This document shows, piece after piece, positions 56,841 to 62,745 of a stretch of DNA of 62,745 nt. The stretch comes from a virus (Duplodnaviria; Caudoviricetes), in the IMG/VR virus record IMGVR_UViG_3300030090_000213, positions 1 to 62,745 of that record; one strand, written 5' to 3'. The translations under genes and the position numbers were made by a program. The notes below the pieces were generated by a model, which was not told the DNA's origin, made no database searches, and was given only the letters and a program-made list of their open reading frames with translations. Numbering within the stretch: the stretch's first letter is position 1; every line of letters starts with the position of its first letter.

Positions 56841-57536
56841 ATGGCTACAAGCGGAACAACAACATTTACATTAGATTTAGCCGACATCATGGAAGAAGCC
56901 TATGATTTGTGCGGTAGTGAGTTGCGTTCTGGTTATGACTATAAAGGAGCTAAAAGAGCTTTAAATCTTATATTCTTAGAATGGCAAAATAAAGGATTAA
57001 ATCTTTGGAAAATAGAACAAGCTACTCAAACACTTACTGCTGGAACAAGTAGTTATGCAATAGAATCTTCTGCTTTAGAAGTTATAGATGCTTTTATTAG
57101 AACTGATGCAGGAGATACAGATAATCAGTTTGACCAAAGACTAAATAGAATATCAAGAACAGAATATAATCATCAAGCTGTAAAATTATTACAATCAAAA
57201 CCAACACAGTTTTACATAGATAAAGGTACTAGCTCTAATAATATTGTATTATGGGCAACTCCTGATTCTGCAGAAACATATACTTTAGTTTATGATTATA
57301 TTAAAAGAATAGAAGATGCAGGTAATGTAGCTAGTAATAATGCAGATGTTCCTAGTAGATATTTACCATGTCTTACTTATGCACTTGCATATAATTTAGC
57401 TTGTAAAATACCAGAAGCAGTAAATAGAGTTCCAATGATTAAACAAAGGTATGATGAACTTTGGAATGATGTAAGTGATGCAGATAGAGAGAGAGCACCA
57501 GTTAAATTTGTACCTGATATGAATGTTTATAGATGA
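56841..57536 (+). CDS. Putative head-tail connector/adaptor protein
   Basis: A.RALN....EWQN.GLNLW...YLPCL...LAY; position after head genes. Confidence 0.6.
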   Translation: MATSGTTTFTLDLADIMEEAYDLCGSELRSGYDYKGAKRALNLIFLEWQNKGLNLWKIEQATQTLTAGTSSYAIESSALEVIDAFIRTDAGDTDNQFDQRLNRISRTEYNHQAVKLLQSKPTQFYIDKGTSSNNIVLWATPDSAETYTLVYDYIKRIEDAGNVASNNADVPSRYLPCLTYALAYNLACKIPEAVNRVPMIKQRYDELWNDVSDADRERAPVKFVPDMNVYR

Positions 57537-57847
57537 GTTATGCACTAGGTAAAAAAGCTTTAGGAGACTGTGATAGATGCGGTTTTACTTATAAGTTAAA
57601 CGATTTAAAATACGAAATAGAAGATGGTATTCGTAATGGATTAAGAGTTTGTGATGATTGTTTAGATATAGACCATCCTCAATTAAAAATTGGTGAGGTA
57701 GATACATCAGACAATCAATCACTTTATAATCCAAGACCTGATAGAGGCGAAAAATCATCTACTGAATATTATGGATTTAATCCTGTATCAAGCACAGGTT
57801 TAGTTTTAAGAACAAAAACAGGAACAGTTAAAGTGAGTACAGAATAA
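57533..57847 (+). CDS. Zn-finger-like hypothetical protein
   Basis: CDRCG...VCDDC..HPQ. Confidence 0.6.
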   Translation: MSYALGKKALGDCDRCGFTYKLNDLKYEIEDGIRNGLRVCDDCLDIDHPQLKIGEVDTSDNQSLYNPRPDRGEKSSTEYYGFNPVSSTGLVLRTKTGTVKVSTE

Positions 57848-58488
57848 TGGCATGGACATTTACAACATTAAAAACAGCAATACAAGATTATACTAATAAT
57901 ACAGAAACTACTTTTACAAATAATTTAGATGAATTTATTGTTAATACTGAAGATAGAATACAAAAATTAGTATCTCTTCCAGTTTTTAGAAAAAATGTTA
58001 CAGGTACTTTAACATCTGGTAATCAATATCTATCAACACCTACAGATTTTTTATCAGCACATTCATTAGCTGTAGATAATAGTGGTTATGAATATTTATT
58101 ATTTAAAGATGTAGCTTTTATTAGAGAAGCATATCCTAGTAGTTCTACAACAGGAATACCTAAATATTATGCTAGATTTGATGAAGATAGTTTTATTGTA
58201 GCACCTACACCTAATGCAAATTTTACTGCAGAATTACACTATGAATATACACCTACATCTATTACAACAAGTGGTGATGGAACAAGTTATTTAGGTACAA
58301 ATGCACCAGATTGTTTATTATATGGTTCTTTAGTTGAAGCATATACTTTTATGAAAGGTGAACCAGATATTATGGTTAATTATGAAAAAAGATTTCAAGA
58401 AGCAATACAAAGATTAAAAGTATTTGCTGAAGGTAAAAATACTAAAGATAATTATAGGACTGGTCCTGTAAGACAACAGGTAACATAA
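57847..58488 (+). CDS. Putative tail tubular/adaptor protein
   Basis: G.PKYYA...APTP...PD.LLYGSL.EAY.FMK pattern. Confidence 0.6.
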   Translation: MAWTFTTLKTAIQDYTNNTETTFTNNLDEFIVNTEDRIQKLVSLPVFRKNVTGTLTSGNQYLSTPTDFLSAHSLAVDNSGYEYLLFKDVAFIREAYPSSSTTGIPKYYARFDEDSFIVAPTPNANFTAELHYEYTPTSITTSGDGTSYLGTNAPDCLLYGSLVEAYTFMKGEPDIMVNYEKRFQEAIQRLKVFAEGKNTKDNYRTGPVRQQVT

Positions 58489-58778
58489 TGTTTAGTTTAG
58501 ATGTAACAAGTAATGTTGGTGATATATCAGTTAAAACTACTAACAACAAAGGTTTAAGTCCTGAATATTGGACTGAAAGAATTATAGATAGATTAATATC
58601 TATTAGTGATAATGCTGACCCTATGGTTAAAGCACAAGCACAAGCATATAAAAATAGTATGACACAAGTTGTACTTTTATATTTAAAACAGGCTATAGCT
58701 AGTGATAGAGCTACTGTAGCAGGATTATTACAAAAACAAGGTCATAAAGATATGGCTGATATTATAAGGAGACTTTAA
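58488..58778 (+). CDS. Hypothetical protein
   Basis: 96-aa coupled ORF. Confidence 0.55.
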   Translation: MFSLDVTSNVGDISVKTTNNKGLSPEYWTERIIDRLISISDNADPMVKAQAQAYKNSMTQVVLLYLKQAIASDRATVAGLLQKQGHKDMADIIRRL

Positions 58779-59209
58779 TGGCAATTTCACAAGCAATGTG
58801 TACTTCATTTAAACAAGAATTATTAGAAGGAGTACATAATTTTAAGAATAGTGGCGGTAGTACTTTTCAATTAGCACTATATACAAGCTCTGCATCATTA
58901 GGTGCAGGTACAACTGCATATACAACTTCTAATGAAGTTAGCGGTACTAACTATACAGCTAAAGGTGGAACTCTAACAAGAGTTGACCCTTCAACATCAG
59001 GTACAACAGCATTAACAGATTTTGCTGATTTAACATTTAGTACAGCTACTATAACTGCTAATGGAGCAATGATATTTAATGATAGTGCATCAGGAGACCC
59101 TGCTGTTTGTATTCTTGCTTTTGGTGGAGATAAAACATCAACAGCAGGTGATTTTACTATTCAATTTCCAACAGCAGATGCATCAAACGCTATTATAAGA
59201 ATAGCTTAA
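58778..59209 (+). CDS. Virion structural protein (tail-associated)
   Basis: SFKQELL...LALYT...NEVSGTNYTA.G..L...FGGDKTST.G.FTIQFP. Confidence 0.6.
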   Translation: MAISQAMCTSFKQELLEGVHNFKNSGGSTFQLALYTSSASLGAGTTAYTTSNEVSGTNYTAKGGTLTRVDPSTSGTTALTDFADLTFSTATITANGAMIFNDSASGDPAVCILAFGGDKTSTAGDFTIQFPTADASNAIIRIA

Positions 59210-59212
59210 CAA

Positions 59213-59872
59213 ATGGCTGGATGGGGTCGTTCTGGCTGGGGGATTGGTCCTTGGGGTCAACCCGCAGTAACTACAGTAAGTGTAACAGGAGTTGCAGGTA
59301 CTTCTGCACTTGGTAGTGAAACAGTAATAGCAAAAGCTTTAGTTAGTGTAACTGGAGCTAGTGTTACATCAACACTTGGTAGTGAAACTGTTACTGGTAC
59401 GGCTAATATATCAGCTACAGGCAATGCAGGAACATCTGCATTAGGTAGTGAAATTGTTGCTGCTGAAGCTAACATTTCCGCTTCAGGTAATGCAGGAACA
59501 TCCGCACTAGGTAATGCTATAACAGCAGGTGCAGCAGTTACAGGAGTTTCTGGTTCAGCATCAGTAGGAACTCTTGGTGATGAATCTGTATCTGCAGCAG
59601 CTAATGTTAGTATTACTGGTATTTCTGCTACAAGTTCTTTAGGAAGTATATCTTTAGTAACAAATAATATACTTTCAATTACAGGTTTATCAGCAACAAC
59701 AGCTTTAGGTAATGAAACTGTTATAGCTAAAGCACTCATTGAAGTAACAGGACTATTTGGAACTGGTCAAATACAAGGTGTAAATATTTGGACTGTTATT
59801 GATGATTCACAAACACCAAATTATACAGAAGTTTCTACTTCACAAACTCCAAATTGGAGTGAAGTTGCATAA
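59213..59872 (+). CDS. Repeat-rich tail-associated protein
   Basis: GWG motifs then ~21-aa V.G..GTSALG repeats. Confidence 0.6.
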   Translation: MAGWGRSGWGIGPWGQPAVTTVSVTGVAGTSALGSETVIAKALVSVTGASVTSTLGSETVTGTANISATGNAGTSALGSEIVAAEANISASGNAGTSALGNAITAGAAVTGVSGSASVGTLGDESVSAAANVSITGISATSSLGSISLVTNNILSITGLSATTALGNETVIAKALIEVTGLFGTGQIQGVNIWTVIDDSQTPNYTEVSTSQTPNWSEVA

Positions 59873-59905
59873 AAAATAAATTATAATTTTTACGAGGAAT
59901 AAAAT

Positions 59906-62745
59906 ATGGCAAGTACATATGTAAACGATTTAAGATTAAATGAAATGGCTACTGGCGATGCTAGTGGAACATGGGGTACAACTACAAATACTAATCTTGA
60001 ATTAATAGCAGAAGCTTTTAGTTATGGCACAGAAGCCATTACAACTAATGCTGATACTCATACAACAACTATAGCAGATGGAGCAACAGACCCAGGTAGG
60101 TCTATGTTCTTAAAATATACAGGTACATTAGATTCTACTTGTACTATTACTATTGGACCAAATACAGTATCAAAACTATGGATTATAGAAAATGGAACAA
60201 GTGGTTCTCAATCTATAATAATTAAACAAGGTACTGGAGGTACAGTAACTATACCTTCAGGTAAAACTAAAGTTATTTATTCTGATGGTGCAGGTTCTGG
60301 TGGAGCAATGGTTGATGCTTTTGCTTCTTTAAATTTACAAACAAGTGGCATTATTGAAAGCAGTTCTTCCATACAAACTCCCCTGATAGAATATACTGAT
60401 GGAGATGATGCCATTACCATTGCAGATGGCGGTGGTGTTACTTTTGGCTCAACTATAGCTGCAAGTGCTGCATTAACCTCAACATCTACAATAGAAGGTA
60501 CAACAATTACTGCAACTACAGCTTTTGTACCAGATGCTTCTGATGGTGCTGCATTAGGTACAAGTTCTTTAGAATTTAGTGATTTATTTTTAGCAGATGC
60601 AGCTGTTATTAATTTAGGTGATGACCAAGATACTACTCTTACTCATGTTGCAGATACAGGTATTTTGTTAAACAGCACAAGACAATTACAATTTGGTGAT
60701 TCTGGCACATATATACACCAATCAGCAGATGGAGTATTGGATTTAGTTTCTGATACTGAAATAGAAATTAATGCTACTACTATTGATATAAATGGTGCAG
60801 CAGATGTATCAGGAGCTTTAACTGCTGGTACAGTTAATGGCGTAGGTATAATAGCTGATACAACAAACTTTACTGATAGCATATTAATAAGTCAAGATGC
60901 TGGTACAGGAACATTATCAAGTGCAGCTGACAATACAGGATTAGGTAATGATGTTTTTAATGTATTAACTTCTGGTATTAGAAATACAGCAGTAGGTTCT
61001 TCAGCAGGTTTAGCATTAACTACAGCATCTGAAGCAACATTAATAGGTAGACAAGCAGGTGCAGCATTAACTACTGGTAATAGTAATACTTTTGTTGGTG
61101 GTAGAGCAGGTTTAGCTGTTACTACAGGAACAGAAAACACAGCAGTTGGTCAAGCTGCATTATTTACTGACACTACAGGTAGTTATAACACAGCTATAGG
61201 TAGAGGTGCTTTGTTATCAAATGATACAGCAACTTTTAATACTGCTGTTGGTAGAAATGCTTTAAATTTAAATACCACAGGTGCTTCAAATGTTGCTGTT
61301 GGTGGTCAATCACTAGATGCTAATACGACAGGTGCGAACAACACAGCTGTTGGAACATCTGCTCTTGGTGCGTGTACTACAGGTGGAACTAATGTAGCTG
61401 TTGGTACTGATGCTTTATCTACAACAACTACACAAGGCGGAAACACAGCAGTTGGTTATGGTGCTGCAAAAGTTACAGCTACAACAGGAGTAACTGCTGT
61501 AGGGTATCAAACACTAATAGCTAATACGACTGGGTATGACCAGGTCGCTGTTGGTCAAAGTGCATTAACAGCAAATACAACAGGTTATCAAAATACTGCG
61601 GTTGGGTTTAATTCTTTATTGTCTAATACTACAGGCAATAATAATGTTGCTATTGGTAATTCTACAGGAGATAGTATTACAACAGGTAGTGGAAACACTA
61701 TTGTAGGACAAAATGCAGGTAGTGCAATAGATACAGGTGCTGGAAATACCCTTATAGGACAAAATGCAGGAGATGGATTAAATGGTGATAATGGTAAATG
61801 GAATGTTGCTGTAGGTCTTAATGCTTTAAGTGCATCAAGTGCAAACTTTCAAAATACTGCTGTTGGTCAAAATGCTTTAAATGTTAATGCTGCAAATGGT
61901 AATTCAGCAGTTGGTTCAAATTGTCTTGCTAGTAATACTAGCGGAAGTGGTAACAATGGATTTGGTTACTTTACTTTGAATGAATGTACCACTGGTGATG
62001 AGAATTGTGCATTTGGTACTGCTGCAGGTAGATATATTACTACAGGTGATGAAAACACCTGCATAGGAAACGCAGCAGGTAACGCTATAACAACTGGCTC
62101 TAAAAATACTCTTGTTGGTAAAGATTGTGCAAATCAAGTTACGACAGCTTCAAATAATACAGCAGTTGGTTGGGATGCTTTAACTCGTTGTACTACAGGT
62201 GCAAGTAACGCTTGTGTAGGATATGAGGCAGGAGATAATATTACAACTGGTTCTAATAATGTATGTGTTGGTATTGAGGCAGGTACTAATATTGCACAAG
62301 GAGATAATAATGTTTGTATAGGTAATGCTGTTGAAACATCGGGTGCAGCAACAGGAAATTGTATAACTATTGGTCATAATATTGCAGCTGCAGCTTCTAA
62401 CACTTTTAGTTTTGGTAAAGCTAGTAATGTTGTATCTAATACATTTACTTCAGATGCTACTTGGTCAAGAAGTTCAGATATTAATAAAAAAACTAATATA
62501 GAAAATACAGATTTAGGTTTAAGTTTTATTAATGAATTAAAACCCGTAACATTTAATTGGAAACCTAATACTGAATTTCCAACACATTTTAAGGATTATT
62601 CTGAAACAGAAAACCACATGGACACAGAAACAAATCTGTATGGAATGATTGCACAAGATGTAGAAAAGGCATTAGATAAAGTAGGACATAAAAACTTTGG
62701 AGGTTGGTCAGAAGAAGAAGATGGCTCACAAAGACTTTCACAAAG
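59906..62745 (+). CDS. Tail fibre/spike, 3'-truncated (version A; absent from the ORF track because it has no stop in the window)
   Basis: GAGG RBS, ATG 59906 (MASTYVNDLRLNEMATGDASGTWG...); in frame with the version at 18..2207; NTAVG repeats and S74 chaperone at the window end. Confidence 0.85.
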   Translation, partial: MASTYVNDLRLNEMATGDASGTWGTTTNTNLELIAEAFSYGTEAITTNADTHTTTIADGATDPGRSMFLKYTGTLDSTCTITIGPNTVSKLWIIENGTSGSQSIIIKQGTGGTVTIPSGKTKVIYSDGAGSGGAMVDAFASLNLQTSGIIESSSSIQTPLIEYTDGDDAITIADGGGVTFGSTIAASAALTSTSTIEGTTITATTAFVPDASDGAALGTSSLEFSDLFLADAAVINLGDDQDTTLTHVADTGILLNSTRQLQFGDSGTYIHQSADGVLDLVSDTEIEINATTIDINGAADVSGALTAGTVNGVGIIADTTNFTDSILISQDAGTGTLSSAADNTGLGNDVFNVLTSGIRNTAVGSSAGLALTTASEATLIGRQAGAALTTGNSNTFVGGRAGLAVTTGTENTAVGQAALFTDTTGSYNTAIGRGALLSNDTATFNTAVGRNALNLNTTGASNVAVGGQSLDANTTGANNTAVGTSALGACTTGGTNVAVGTDALSTTTTQGGNTAVGYGAAKVTATTGVTAVGYQTLIANTTGYDQVAVGQSALTANTTGYQNTAVGFNSLLSNTTGNNNVAIGNSTGDSITTGSGNTIVGQNAGSAIDTGAGNTLIGQNAGDGLNGDNGKWNVAVGLNALSASSANFQNTAVGQNALNVNAANGNSAVGSNCLASNTSGSGNNGFGYFTLNECTTGDENCAFGTAAGRYITTGDENTCIGNAAGNAITTGSKNTLVGKDCANQVTTASNNTAVGWDALTRCTTGASNACVGYEAGDNITTGSNNVCVGIEAGTNIAQGDNNVCIGNAVETSGAATGNCITIGHNIAAAASNTFSFGKASNVVSNTFTSDATWSRSSDINKKTNIENTDLGLSFINELKPVTFNWKPNTEFPTHFKDYSETENHMDTETNLYGMIAQDVEKALDKVGHKNFGGWSEEEDGSQRLSQ
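60720..60849 (+). repeat. Direct repeat of positions 1-130 (one mismatch seen)
   Basis: Direct visual alignment, offset 60719. Confidence 0.9.
62404..62745 (+). repeat. Near-identical direct repeat of ~1778-2119 (S74 chaperone region)
   Basis: Direct visual alignment, offset 60626; mostly synonymous differences. Confidence 0.9.

Noticed and set aside
47435-62377. Minus-strand and out-of-frame ORFs in the head/tail region
   Set aside because: Overlap strongly supported structural genes, including the long fibre ORF from 59906
60720-62745. Window-end repeats as physical terminal repeats or a diversity-generating retroelement
   Set aside because: The repeats are discontinuous and inside a gene; differences are not adenine-specific and no reverse transcriptase is present
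1-62745. tRNA, rRNA, integrase/att site
   Set aside because: No cloverleaf, rRNA-like sequence or recombinase motif recognised by eye; tRNAscan-SE/ARAGORN would be needed to exclude tRNAs firmly

Overview
Near-complete (~60.7 kb unit), AT-rich, podovirus-like tailed phage genome, probably from a marine bacterium. It appears circularly permuted and opened inside a tail-fibre gene. The + strand late region (46.2 kb -> end, then 1 -> 29.3 kb) encodes TerS, TerL, portal, a GroES-like protein, scaffold, major capsid and tail proteins. It also carries two divergent versions of a repeat-rich tail fibre with an S74 chaperone, a 2OG-Fe(II) oxygenase, a curli-secretion/signalling cassette (CsgF, CsgG, curlin-like protein, FecR, CHASE2 adenylate cyclase), holin, lysozyme, ejection proteins and a 3246-aa polyvalent protein. 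The replication/recombination block (29.3-38.4 kb) has a primase-helicase, Sak-like annealase, PD-(D/E)XK nuclease, RusA and an Arc-like regulator, but I recognise no DNA polymerase. The most striking region is the minus-strand putative early operon (promoter ~46.05 kb, terminator ~39.07 kb). Almost every gene there is preceded by its own hammerhead ribozyme: five type III, one type I and one divergent variant, with covarying stems. All seven leaders share the extended RBS CUUGGAGG. Just downstream, a separate promoter-terminator unit would produce a ~115-nt small RNA carrying CCUCCAAG, the exact complement of that RBS. Together these suggest an RNA-only system that cuts the early mRNA into single-gene units and later silences them. 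All functional calls come from motif recognition by eye; no database search or folding program was run.
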